Shown here: in pieces, positions 6,801 through 17,200 of the stretch | How positions within the stretch are numbered: the first letter of the stretch is position 1 | How the letters are laid out: each line of letters begins with the position of its first letter | Origin: Desulfobulbaceae bacterium | Lineage (GTDB): Bacteria; Desulfobacterota; Desulfobulbia; Desulfobulbales; Desulfocapsaceae | Direction: 5' to 3' | Length of the DNA: 34,968 nucleotides | Assembly: GCA_027067035.1 (NCBI GenBank) | Contig: JAMOMO010000276.1 | Coordinates: 1-34,968, forward strand | Translations under genes and position numbers: made by a program | The notes under the pieces: model-generated | The model's database searches: none | What the model saw: only the letters and a program-made list of their open reading frames with translations | Told to the model about the DNA's origin: nothing

Positions 6801-9722
6801 CTATAATTCACTGATCGTATCAAAGAGATCACCGTCGGCCTCAATTTTGGCTCTGTTTCCGATGATCATGCGATGGCTCTTGTGTAGCATCCTGTCAAAG
6901 GCGGCGGCAAAGGAGCGCATGTCTTTCACCGTTGTGGAGATAATTTCCCCTATCCGCTGCTGCTTGTATTCGGGGGTGATGCCGTTTAAATACTCGTTTC
7001 TGGCTGTGGCTCCCTTTCCTGCAGACGCCTGATGCGGGTTGAAGGTCCCGTAGGTGCCGATGATCAGCTGCTGCAACACCTCCCGGGGCAGCTCAAGTTC
7101 TGCAATAACCTTTGGCATTGCCATGTAGCTGTCATAGGTCTTTCGGACCTGGGGATCCCGGTAGCTGATCACTGCAAAATTGCCACTGATATGACTGAAC
7201 TGGATAAAACAGCCGTAGGCTCCACCCATCTGGCGGACACTGTTCCAGAGATAGTCCCTGGAGAGATAGGTCTTCAGGACCTCAAAATGGCCGTTGTAGC
7301 CTGTCCCGTCGGGCAGCAGAGTACCGCTCTGTACAGCATAGACCACTTCGGCGGAGGTTATCAGGGCCTCATGTGCGGGGAGCTCAGGGGTGATAAGTTC
7401 CTGGACGGGCAGTATGGTGTCGGGCAGACTCCTGACCAGATCTTCGCCCAGTTTATGAAAGGAGCTCACTTCAGCTTCATTGGCGGTGATGGAGAGGATA
7501 AGGTTGTTGCGGTTGAAGATAATGGCAGCCATCTCCTGCAGATCCCTGAGGAAAGACTCCTCCATCTCTGCATAGCCTGCGGCAAGCTGTTTGCTGCTGC
7601 GGTAGGCAGTGACTCCCGAGACCATTTCGTTGCAGGCTCCGGCCTGACTCAGCTGGGCAAAGGCCAGGGAGGTGGCAAGGCCGTAGCCCTCACTCTGGGC
7701 CGCATGTTCAGCCCAGGCAAACTCTCTGGCCACAATTTCCCGGATATGGACACGGTCCTGTAAAGAGAGATCGGAGAAAATATCGGTGAGGAGCTGCAGG
7801 CTCCGTTCCTGGTATTCGGGGAGACATTTGACCTGAAACCAGAGGATGGGCCGGAAACTTCCGTGCCCCCCCTTTTTGACATGACACTGGAAGTTGTGGG
7901 AAAAGCCTCCCGTGCAGGTGGCAATCTCCCTGGCAAGGTGCATGAAGTCCATGCTGCTGGTGCCGATTTCGGTGACAATGCTACCAAAGAGATCGAGCAG
8001 GGGAAGGTAGCGTGAGGGTAGTGTTGAGACATCAAAGCCAATTTCAATGTAGGAGATATGGTCAGTATTCAGTTCACTGAAAATACATTCTCTGCCATGG
8101 ATTTCAGTGGCCTGGGCCTGGTGGAAGCTGACCTGCTGTTCCAGGTCGCCAAGGTTGAGCTGGGGAAGAAGGTTCAGGGTTTCCACGCTGTTTGGCTTCT
8201 GCTGATCAGCCATCAGGGCGATGGTTCTGCTGATCAGTTTTTCCCGGCTTTCCCGGTTGAGTCCCTCTTCATATTTTTTCAGACGATCAGCTTCCCGGGC
8301 CAGCTCTCTGGCCTGTTTGTCAGGGTCGGGTCGCAGGGTGACCACCACGGTGGCCGGGTTGTCGAGGAGGTACTTCTGGATAAGTTCCTCAAAGTAGCGT
8401 TCTTCCAGGGCCTTTTGCCGAATGGAGATCAGGACTGTGTCTATCTGCAGTGCTTCATAGGGGTCTGTTCCATATTTAAAAGCGGGCAGGGCTTTGCCGA
8501 AGAGATCCAGTCCACGCTGGGCCTTGCAACCCTCTTCACGTACCCCGAATTCATATTTATTGAGTTCCGAAAGGATCAGATCATGCCCGAGCCCCTCTGC
8601 TGCCATCTGCGTCAGGGTGGTCTTGTAGAGTTTGAGGAAGTCGTCCCGTTTCTCAGGATCACTGCCCACAAGGTAGCTCACCATCATGGTCTTGAAACTT
8701 GAGGTGGAGAGATAGAATCCACCGAAGTCCTTGCATAAGCCACTGGTGATAACAGCATTTTTCAGGGGAGAGGCATCCGAGTTGTAGAGGATGTTGGCGA
8801 TAATCTGAAAGGCCGCATTTTCTTCACGGTTGAGCACGGTTGAGACCGTACTGGCCACGGCAATAAAGGTCTTTTCCGCAGTATCCGTGGAGTCGACACT
8901 GTAGCTGTCTTCGATGAAGGTGAGCCTGTCGATGTCTGTTCCGGGAGTCACTTCCGCCCGTTTACCGCTCTCCGGGAAGGCGGAGAGAAATTTGTCCTGG
9001 AGGTAGCGGAGTTCCTCCCCGAGATCGGCGTCACCGTAGACAAAAAAGGTCGCATTTGAAGGGTGGTAATGGGTCTTGTGGAAGGTGCAGAACTCTTCAT
9101 AGGAGAGATCCGGTATGTTTTTCGGGTCTCCGCCTGATTCGTGGGAATAGGTGGAGCCGGGCATGAGTCCGCCAAAGATGTGGTGGAAGATGAGTCTGAT
9201 GGGATCGGAAAAGGCTCCTTTCATCTCATTGTAGACCACTCCCTGGTACTGGAGGGGGGAATCTTCACTCTCCTGATGGTAATGCCAGCCTTCCTGTTCA
9301 AAGGTGGACCTGGCCAGCAGGGGATTCAAAACCACATCCATATACACATCCATGATATTGAAGTATTCCTTCATGTTCCTGGTGGCAAAGGGATAGTAGG
9401 TGACGTCGGAGCCGGTCATGGCATTTAAAAAAGTCATCAGTCCGCCCTTGTTGATCTCACCGAAGACATCTTTCACCGGGTACTTTCTGGAGCCCATGAG
9501 CACGGAATGTTCCAGAATATGGGCAACCCCTTTGGAATCGGTGGGGATGGTGTTAAATGATGCCGAAAAGGTCTTGTTGGAGTCACTGTTTTTGATGGCA
9601 AGCAGCGGGCAGCCGAGCAGATCGTGCTCAAAGAGGTACACATCGGCCTGGATCTCATCGATGTGTTGAAATTTTTTGAGGCTAAAGCCGGAATAGGAAG
9701 AGCCGGGGGTGTAGGAGGTCAT
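6801..9722 (-). CDS. M16C insulinase-family metallopeptidase (presequence protease PreP-like)
   Basis: Inverted zinc motif HILEH, FLNAMT, GVVYNEMKG, C-terminal RQMGGAYG and SYRDP; 973 aa. Confidence 0.95.
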   Translation of the reverse strand: MTSYTPGSSYSGFSLKKFQHIDEIQADVYLFEHDLLGCPLLAIKNSDSNKTFSASFNTIPTDSKGVAHILEHSVLMGSRKYPVKDVFGEINKGGLMTFLNAMTGSDVTYYPFATRNMKEYFNIMDVYMDVVLNPLLARSTFEQEGWHYHQESEDSPLQYQGVVYNEMKGAFSDPIRLIFHHIFGGLMPGSTYSHESGGDPKNIPDLSYEEFCTFHKTHYHPSNATFFVYGDADLGEELRYLQDKFLSAFPESGKRAEVTPGTDIDRLTFIEDSYSVDSTDTAEKTFIAVASTVSTVLNREENAAFQIIANILYNSDASPLKNAVITSGLCKDFGGFYLSTSSFKTMMVSYLVGSDPEKRDDFLKLYKTTLTQMAAEGLGHDLILSELNKYEFGVREEGCKAQRGLDLFGKALPAFKYGTDPYEALQIDTVLISIRQKALEERYFEELIQKYLLDNPATVVVTLRPDPDKQARELAREADRLKKYEEGLNRESREKLISRTIALMADQQKPNSVETLNLLPQLNLGDLEQQVSFHQAQATEIHGRECIFSELNTDHISYIEIGFDVSTLPSRYLPLLDLFGSIVTEIGTSSMDFMHLAREIATCTGGFSHNFQCHVKKGGHGSFRPILWFQVKCLPEYQERSLQLLTDIFSDLSLQDRVHIREIVAREFAWAEHAAQSEGYGLATSLAFAQLSQAGACNEMVSGVTAYRSSKQLAAGYAEMEESFLRDLQEMAAIIFNRNNLILSITANEAEVSSFHKLGEDLVRSLPDTILPVQELITPELPAHEALITSAEVVYAVQSGTLLPDGTGYNGHFEVLKTYLSRDYLWNSVRQMGGAYGCFIQFSHISGNFAVISYRDPQVRKTYDSYMAMPKVIAELELPREVLQQLIIGTYGTFNPHQASAGKGATARNEYLNGITPEYKQQRIGEIISTTVKDMRSFAAAFDRMLHKSHRMIIGNRAKIEADGDLFDTISEL

Positions 9723-9738
9723 TTAGTATCTCATTGGG

Positions 9739-10188
9739 TTAAAAGAGTTTTGATGAGTCGAGCAGGAGCGTTACGGGCCCGTCATTGACAAGCTCCACAT
9801 CCATGTGGGCCTGAAATCTGCCACTGGCACAGCGGATGTTTTTCTGTCTGATGGCTTCGATGAACAGCTGGTAGAGCTGTTGTGCGTGATCAGGAGGGGC
9901 TGCTGCGGAAAAACCGGGGCGGCGTCCCTTGCGACAGTCACCATAGAGGGTGAACTGGGAAACCACCAGCAGGGATTTCCCCATGTCGATCAGGGAGTTG
10001 TTCATCTTTCCGTCTTCATCTTCAAAGATACGGAGATTGACGATCTTCTCGGCAAGCCAGGCGATATCTTTTCTCCTGTCATCACCATGGATACCGAGAA
10101 ATACCAGAAGACCGGATTCTATTTCACCTGTGACTTCAGAGGCGACGGTGACCGATGCCCGTTTCACTCGTTGAATAACTGCGCGCAT
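9739..10188 (-). CDS. dtd: D-aminoacyl-tRNA deacylase
   Basis: [13 protein letters not shown] and NDGPVT motifs; 149 aa. Confidence 0.97.
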   Translation of the reverse strand: MRAVIQRVKRASVTVASEVTGEIESGLLVFLGIHGDDRRKDIAWLAEKIVNLRIFEDEDGKMNNSLIDMGKSLLVVSQFTLYGDCRKGRRPGFSAAAPPDHAQQLYQLFIEAIRQKNIRCASGRFQAHMDVELVNDGPVTLLLDSSKLF

Positions 10189-10198
10189 GGTAAACGGA

Positions 10199-11536
10199 TT
10201 AAAACGGCTGGCCGAACATCACCCATGCGGATGTGGTTTCATCTGAAAAGCCGACATCCAAACGGACAACAGCACCGGAAAGCATGGCGCGGATGGCAAA
10301 ACCTCCATCCACCTTCCAGTCCCGGAGAAGGTCGGAGTCGTAGCCATTGGCCACCCGGCCTCCTTCGGCAAAGGCAACAAGCTGGAGCCAGTCACTCTTT
10401 AAAAACCGCAGCCATGAGATGTTTCCCAGGGGGTTCCAGTCCAGTGTGTAGCGATATTCCGCTGTGGTGTAGACAACAGAGCGATCGTTGAAACGGTTTA
10501 TGGGATAGGCCCGCATTCTGTAAAAGCCGCCAAGATTTGCCCCTTCGTAGAATGGAGGACGGTCTGTGACAGAGACTGATCCGTCACTGTTGTTCTGCTC
10601 GTTCCAGCTCGGGGTGTCTCCGGTCCACAGGTTGAGGGCGATGATGCGCTGTTTGGCCCAGGAGGAGCTTCCCAGAGAAAAGTACTTGCTTGCCTCAAAC
10701 TCCATGAATGTCCACTTGTAGGGGGATTCCAGCCATGCGAAATCATGGGTGAGAGCAAGGTACTGGCTGCTGCCGGTGGAGGGATTGGACGGAAAATCCG
10801 TGTTGTTATAAGAGATGGCAAGCTGCACCGGATGTACTGTGGCCTCTTTTTCCCCTTCCTCAAGCTCAAAACTGCGATAGCGGTTGTACTGGCGCAGCAT
10901 CAGCGTTGTCACCCCTTCACTGAGAGGGTTCCAGCTGTCACCGCCAACGGCGGCAGAGCGGAGGAGACCGCCTTTCAGGTGATAGTGCTGCATGGAGTCA
11001 TTTGCTGCTGCTCCCCACGGCAGGACATACTCGATTTTAAAGTCAGACCAGTTGTCATAGCCACTGTCCTCCACAAAATCGTCCATGTCTGAATCATTAC
11101 TGCCGGGTCGAATACTATCCTGTTGAAAGTCAACGGCAGTATAGGCCCGGTTTTTCGGATAGTGCCCCATCATTCCCTGGGCACTGAAAAAGAACCGCGG
11201 TGCAAAGGAGGGTTGAAAATCCCACATGCCGAGGAAAAGGGCGGCAACACCATCAAAACTTCCGAAGGCTGTGGCACCAAGCAGGAGCTGTTCCTGGCCG
11301 TAGCCCTTGGTTCCGCCACCAACACCCATGCTGAAGCCCATGCTTTCCGTTGAGAAGGCGTAGGGGAGCAGCAGTTTGTTTTTTGTCCCGTTCTCGGCGT
11401 TTTCTTCCCGGGAGAGTGTACTTTTGATACTGGTTTTGGGTCTTGCCTGCAGTGTGGGTACAGCCAGGAGAGACACAAGGCCGAGAAGGCAGAAGGTCTT
11501 CAGTAGGGGGGAGATGTTCATAGAGTACCTGTTCAT
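10199..11536 (-). CDS. Omp85 (BamA/TamA-superfamily) outer-membrane beta-barrel, apparently without POTRA domains
   Basis: Signal peptide, amphipathic aromatic-rich strands, LGG..RMRAY (VRGF/Y-like loop 6), C-terminal Phe (FGQPF); 445 aa leaves little room for POTRA domains. Confidence 0.75.
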   Translation of the reverse strand: MNRYSMNISPLLKTFCLLGLVSLLAVPTLQARPKTSIKSTLSREENAENGTKNKLLLPYAFSTESMGFSMGVGGGTKGYGQEQLLLGATAFGSFDGVAALFLGMWDFQPSFAPRFFFSAQGMMGHYPKNRAYTAVDFQQDSIRPGSNDSDMDDFVEDSGYDNWSDFKIEYVLPWGAAANDSMQHYHLKGGLLRSAAVGGDSWNPLSEGVTTLMLRQYNRYRSFELEEGEKEATVHPVQLAISYNNTDFPSNPSTGSSQYLALTHDFAWLESPYKWTFMEFEASKYFSLGSSSWAKQRIIALNLWTGDTPSWNEQNNSDGSVSVTDRPPFYEGANLGGFYRMRAYPINRFNDRSVVYTTAEYRYTLDWNPLGNISWLRFLKSDWLQLVAFAEGGRVANGYDSDLLRDWKVDGGFAIRAMLSGAVVRLDVGFSDETTSAWVMFGQPF

Positions 11537-11672
11537 GAAAAGTATAATTTCTATCGAGAGATAATTTGTCCTATCTTACTCTAAAACGTATGAATTTCCA
11601 AATATTCTGCAGTTTGGCCCTTCTCCGGGCGCAGCATCAGAAATATCCGCTGAAAAAAGGGTTCCGGAATTG

Positions 11673-12542
11673 TCACTGGCGCTGTTCTTCCGAAGGCCGT
11701 GGCCAGAGCTGGTCTGGTCTTCCCTTTTCATCCAGGGTGCAGGCCTTGACTGCGGGATCGTGGTAGAAGGTGAACCAGCTTTGAGAGTTCCGGTAATGAT
11801 TGAAGTACTCTTCCTTTCTGTCGATGACTTCCAGGGGGAAATTGTCGTAGGCCATGATCCAGAGAGGATTGGAGTGAAGGTGGGTGGGGAAGAGATCACC
11901 CAGGTGAACTGCAGTGGTCCCCTGTGAACGGATTTCTATCAACTGGTGGCCACGGGTGTGTCCTCCGGTGTGGCGCAGTGTGATGCCGGGGATCACTTCG
12001 CTTACGCCCTCAACGATGGCAAGTTTTCCTTCACGCCTGAGCAGGGAGAAATTTTCAGGCCAGTAGGTGGCCCGGGCACGACGGCACGGGTTCTCCACAT
12101 CTTCCCATTCGGCTTTTTGAATATGGTGGGTTGCCTCCGGGAAGCTGAGTTCTTCTTCACCGTGAGAGTTGTGCATGACAATTCCGCCGGCATGATCAAA
12201 ATCACAGTGGGAAAGCAGAACATGGTCAATGTCCCGGCGGGAGAGCCCGTGCTCTGCCAGGTCATCAATGATGGACCAGGGAGATTCCACCTGAAAGATG
12301 GCGAGTTGTTTGGCGCTGAGTTTGTTGCCAAGGCCGGTGTCTACAATTACGGCGTGTTCCGGGGTTTTTATAAGGAGCACATCGTTGGTGAAGGGAAGGG
12401 AGTTGTCGGGTGCCGGCCGGCATCGTTTTTCCCAGAGGACTTTAGGTACAGCGCCGAACATGGTCCCGCCATCAAGGCGGAAGTTTCCCCCATTCAGCCA
12501 GTAAATCTGAAATTCTCCAATGTGTAGAGGCGGGCAGTTCAT
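11673..12542 (-). CDS. Metallo-beta-lactamase-fold hydrolase (YtnP-like)
   Basis: LDGGTMFGAVPK.LW, VDTGLG, HCDFDH, GGHTRGH, GDL.P, W.MAYD, FYHDP. Confidence 0.88.
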   Translation of the reverse strand: MNCPPLHIGEFQIYWLNGGNFRLDGGTMFGAVPKVLWEKRCRPAPDNSLPFTNDVLLIKTPEHAVIVDTGLGNKLSAKQLAIFQVESPWSIIDDLAEHGLSRRDIDHVLLSHCDFDHAGGIVMHNSHGEEELSFPEATHHIQKAEWEDVENPCRRARATYWPENFSLLRREGKLAIVEGVSEVIPGITLRHTGGHTRGHQLIEIRSQGTTAVHLGDLFPTHLHSNPLWIMAYDNFPLEVIDRKEEYFNHYRNSQSWFTFYHDPAVKACTLDEKGRPDQLWPRPSEEQRQ

Positions 12543-12827
12543 ATTTTCTCCATGCGTTTATCCGGAGCTGCTGTAGCAGAAATCACGGGAGGTTTTGAGG
12601 TATACTCCTGTTTGGAGGCGTCCCGTATGATATCTCTTCAGAGCTGTTTTTTCAGTAGAGTTTGAAAAAGAACATGTTTTTGAGAAATGTGGTATGAAAA
12701 AAAACTGAATTATGATTCAATTGTAGCAGCGGTGGTTTTGGGGGGCATGTCGTTGAGTATGTTCAACAATAGTCACATGGTCCTGAACGGAATCTGATAA
12801 GCATCACAACCTCTTTATTATTTGATT

Positions 12828-13451
12828 ATGAAACTGAAACAGACAAAATGCTTTCCCCGGTTGTCGGTTCTCTGTACTGCGTCTCTCCTGTTGCTGGCCT
12901 CACCATTTCCAGGGGCAACTCCTGCATTCTCAGCTCAGCCGTTGCCGAAAATCACCTATCAGGGTCTGCACAGCAGGACTTTTGGTGATACTGACACGCT
13001 TCCAGCAACAGAGCAAAAGCCATTGGTGCAGGAAAGTGATGAGCAGGCCGGCGGGAAACAGATTGGAGAAAAGCCTTCCGCCGGAAAAGCACAGAGAGTT
13101 GACGTTGCACTGGCAAAACGACTCTTGAAAAAGGGTACTGAGGAGGCAAAGGCGGGTAAGCTTGAACAGGCACGGTCACTCATTGAGCAGTCACTGGAGG
13201 CCAATCCGAAAGATATTGCTGCGTTGAACAACCTGGGACTTGTCCTGAGAAAGCTGGGTAAGTATGAGGAGGCATCCAGGAGATACAGACAGGCCCTTGC
13301 CATATCTCCAGATTATCCATTAACACACAAGAATTACGGGGTATTATTGGAAATAATGGCTGTCAGGGAGTATCGGAAGTATTGTGAACTGGTGCCCGAT
13401 TCAGCGAAGAGGAAAAAGGTGGAAATGAAAATTCAGCGATTGACACGGTAG
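12828..13451 (+). CDS. Exported tetratricopeptide-repeat protein
   Basis: Signal peptide-like N-terminus, low-complexity linker, about 3 TPRs (e.g. AALNNLGLVLRKLGKYEEASRRYRQALAISP). Confidence 0.85.
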   Translation: MKLKQTKCFPRLSVLCTASLLLLASPFPGATPAFSAQPLPKITYQGLHSRTFGDTDTLPATEQKPLVQESDEQAGGKQIGEKPSAGKAQRVDVALAKRLLKKGTEEAKAGKLEQARSLIEQSLEANPKDIAALNNLGLVLRKLGKYEEASRRYRQALAISPDYPLTHKNYGVLLEIMAVREYRKYCELVPDSAKRKKVEMKIQRLTR

Positions 13452-14197
13452 TGAGGATGAATACAAAAAAAAGGAAATCTCCGGGAAGGGTTCTCCCATT
13501 GATACTCTGTTGTGCCATGCTCTTCTTTTTCCCGGGTTGTATCCCGAAGCGTGCAGCACCTGTCTATTCTTTTGGACATATTGATACCGTGATGGTTGTT
13601 CGTGTGGGATCCCTTAATTTCAGAAAATGCCCTTCTGTTCAGTGTCGCATATTGACAACTCTGCACAGGGGTGAAAAAGTTGTTGTTCTGCAGGAGGAAG
13701 GGGCCTGGGTACAGGTTCAGCGTCTCCTGGATGATGCCGAGGGCTGGGTGGCTGTGAAATATCTTGATGAGCTGGAGGAGGATACGCCGGAACCGTCCGC
13801 CCCGGCACCTGTATCCGGTGAAACACCCCCTGAACGTCCCGGGAACATGGTTGATATGGAGGTTTCTGCGGACAGTGGAGCAGCTGAGGTTCTGGACAGT
13901 GAAGAGTTTGCACCGGTGGATGATGATGTGGAGGCTGCAATAGACGGCAGTCCGAATGTGGAGGAGCTCCCCCGGGAAGAGATATCTGTGCAGGAGGAAA
14001 TTCCTGAGCAGGATACTTTTGTGCCGGAAAGTGGGAGTGAGCTGACGGGCGTTGAAGATGAATTCGCGGATGTGGCGGAAGAGGTGGATGTTGAAAGGCA
14101 GGAGAAGGTGGACAGTTCTCCGGCAGACGATGATCTCCCTCAGGAAAGTGTCCCTGCCGTATCGGATCAGGAAATAGAAGAAGAGTTTGCAGAATAG
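13451..14197 (+). CDS. SH3b-domain putative lipoprotein with long acidic tail
   Basis: Basic N-terminus, hydrophobic core and FPGC lipobox-like site; SH3b pattern LNFRKCPS...GEKV.VL....WVQV....EGWV..KYL; D/E-rich C-terminal half. Start is GTG 13451 (TAGTG overlap) or ATG 13457. Confidence 0.82.
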   Translation: MRMNTKKRKSPGRVLPLILCCAMLFFFPGCIPKRAAPVYSFGHIDTVMVVRVGSLNFRKCPSVQCRILTTLHRGEKVVVLQEEGAWVQVQRLLDDAEGWVAVKYLDELEEDTPEPSAPAPVSGETPPERPGNMVDMEVSADSGAAEVLDSEEFAPVDDDVEAAIDGSPNVEELPREEISVQEEIPEQDTFVPESGSELTGVEDEFADVAEEVDVERQEKVDSSPADDDLPQESVPAVSDQEIEEEFAE

Positions 14198-14203
14198 CGA
14201 TGG

Positions 14204-17200
14204 ATGGTGGTGAATACGATGGATGAGTTACACGATGACAAAGAACGGCAAGGGGCCGGGAAAAAGAATACTGTTATGAGTTTCCTGCTTTCTGCTCTGC
14301 AGGCAGCCGGCAGCTTCGGGCGAACGGTGACCCTGGATCTCTTCAGGAATGTATGGACTGACTACCTGAAGGGGATGTCACCGGCAAGGTTTCTGGCACG
14401 GGTCTTTCATGGTATGCCAGGTGGCCGGGATCTCCTCGGGCTTTGTGTGGTAGGGCTTTGTGTGGCGGCCCTTTTATATGGAGGACTGGGCGGTTTCTTT
14501 CCATATCAGCATTCTTCAGGAAACATCGAGATCGGTGGCTTGAGTCTTGGTATGGATATTGAAAAAGCGGCAGAGCTTATCAGGGAAGAATACAGGGACG
14601 CGTTTTGTGATACAAAAGGCGGCTCGGAAGACAGTTGTGATGAGATTGCTGTGACTGCTGCTTCAGGCGGATACCGCATTACACACATCCTCGGCAGGAT
14701 CACTGCCGCATCTGACGGGAAAGTGAACCGTATCGATTTCCCCCGTTCTGTTGTGGTTGTTTTATTGAAGGCAGAGGATATGTCTCCCCGGGATTTTGCC
14801 CAGACCTTTGTCAACTCATATGAAATTCCTGAGATGGAGGTTGCCAGATCAGGCGGGCAATACGTCTGGTATTGTGAGTTGTCTGACCGTACCAGGGTGG
14901 AAATACCACAAAATGCAGTGGCGGTGAATTTACGAAAGACAGCGCCACCTGCTGGCTCAAAAAGTGCACAGAAAGCCAGGACCACAACAAAGAAATATAA
15001 AGGAGAGCTGGTAACAGCTTTCAAGGATGAAACAAATAATGCGGTTTTTACTGATCCGGGATTTGATCCTGCCCTCAATGAAATAGTAATGGAGCTGAAT
15101 CTCCAGGAAATTGTTGAGATGCGGGGACAGATGGGGAAGGCCCTGATTGTTGTTGACAATGTACTCTACGTTGGCGGCTCCAGAGGTGTTTATGCCGTAG
15201 ATATTCAGAAAAAGAAGCAGAAATGGTTTTTTGAGACAGGAGGCAATGTTTTTGGCAGCCCTGTGGTGTTGAATAAGATGGTGTATTTTGGAAGTGATGA
15301 CAAAAACTTCTATGCCATAGACAGGAAATCCGGGAAGGAAAAATGGCGCTTTACGGCCCAGGATAAAATACGGGAAACAGCTCTTGTATCAGGGAAAATC
15401 CTGGTGTTTTATGATGAAAAAGGCCGGATTTATGCTTTGAAATCAAAAAACGGCAAGGAGTTGTGGAATTTCGATGCTGGACATTACATTGATGAGAAGC
15501 TTTGTCTAAGCGATGGGAAAATTTATTTTTATGTGCCCAAAGAACAGCTCTACTGCTTGAATTTAAAAGATGGTCAGCTTGTATATAAGGTGCAGGTCGA
15601 TGGCGCAAGGAGACAGAATGGTGCCATAGTGGCAGAGAACGGAGTTCTTTATCTGCTGGCCGGGAATCTCTATTCGATCAATCAGGAGACAGGAAAAGAG
15701 ATCTGGCGTTATGCCGGTGGAGGGGGGTCTACGGCCGTTATCAAAGGTGATGTACTGTATCTGGCGGGTTCCCGTAAACTGGCTGCAATTAATATTAATA
15801 CTTCTCAGGAGATATGGACTAATGACCTCTGGAAAGGAGGGGCGGGTATCAAGCCGGTCATTGTCAATGATTCCATTGTTACCGGGAGTGGTGAAAAAGG
15901 TATTTTTACCCTTGATCTGGCAACCGGCCAGATCGAAGGACACTTCAAACCCATAGATGCAAGAACTGCAACAGCTGTTTATCCATACAATGGTGTTCTC
16001 TACTTTTCAGATCGCGGGAATTATGTGTATGGTCTCAGTCACACGGATATCTCGCCTGATGTTGCTGTACAGGAGTCTTCTGAAGGGACAATGTTCCGTG
16101 AGGATTTTGCCAGAACCGGTTCTTCAAAAGAGAAGGGGCCGCGGGCACTCAATAAACTGATCTGGAAGTATAAGACGGAGGGCAGAATAGAGAGTACTCC
16201 GGTGGTGTCAGAAGGTGTTGTATACTTTGGAAGTGATGACAAGATGTTCTATGCCCTGGACACGTCCACCGGAGAAGAGCGCTGGACGTTCGAGACCGGC
16301 GGACAGATAACCGCATCCCCGGCAGTTGCCGGAGACCTGGTTATTTTCGGAAGTTACGACCATTATCTGTATGGCCTGGACAGAAAAACAGGAGAAGAGC
16401 GGTGGAGGTATTACTGTCTCGGCCGGATTGTAGCCGCTCCCCTTGTGGAAGATGGGACGGTGTACTGGCAGGATGAGCTTGGAAACATGTATTCCCTCGA
16501 CAGTTCCTATCGTTCTGGAAAATCAATCATTAAGGATGGAACCGAGAACTGGGTGGCCCGGAAGGGGAGTTATGCGGGGGGAACCAGTACCCATCTTACA
16601 CTGTCTGGTGATAAACTCTTTGCCGTGAAGCACGTCAGAACCAGTGGCCATGAGTTTTTTGCTCATAGTAAAGTGGATGGATCGATTCTGTTTCAATCTG
16701 AAGGATTGTCCCGTGATAACCGTTGGATGATCAGCAGCCACAGTGATTATAATTCTCCCGTGGTTGTAGGAAACAGTGTGGTGGTGGGGAGTTACAGTAA
16801 TTATCTCATCAGTGCTGACCTGAATACATTTGCAAAGAAAAAGATCAGACATGACGGACTTGTGAGTTATGGCGATAAAACAATCAGTTTTGCCCATAAC
16901 AGTCTGTTTGTCAGTGCCTCGGGTCGAAATGGGAATTCTGATGGTGTTTATCGGCTCTCTCCGGATATGAAAAAAGTAAGGGGTCGCTATCTCATCGGCA
17001 AGTGGGGCTATGTGTCCGGGGCACCAACCATTACTGATTCGGCAGTCTATTTTGGAGACAGTAAGGGGAATGTGTATGCCTATGACCTTAACAGTGAGGA
17101 ATTGTTGTGGAAGTTTGCAACGCAGAAGACTGTTACCACCAGTCCGGTTGTGAAGGACGGTGTCTGTTTTATCACGAGTACGGACGGGTTTATATACGCC

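Noticed and set aside
12585-12626. ACGGGA...TCCCGT hairpin upstream of the MBL gene, considered as a riboswitch
   Set aside because: Only a 6-bp outer stem and no conserved aptamer motifs I recognise; an Rfam/Infernal scan would settle it.
12671-12767. Short palindromes AACATGTT, TGAAT-N4-ATTCA and GTTGA-N6-TCAAC in the divergent promoter region
   Set aside because: Arms of 4-5 bp in AT-rich DNA with inconsistent spacing; indistinguishable from chance.
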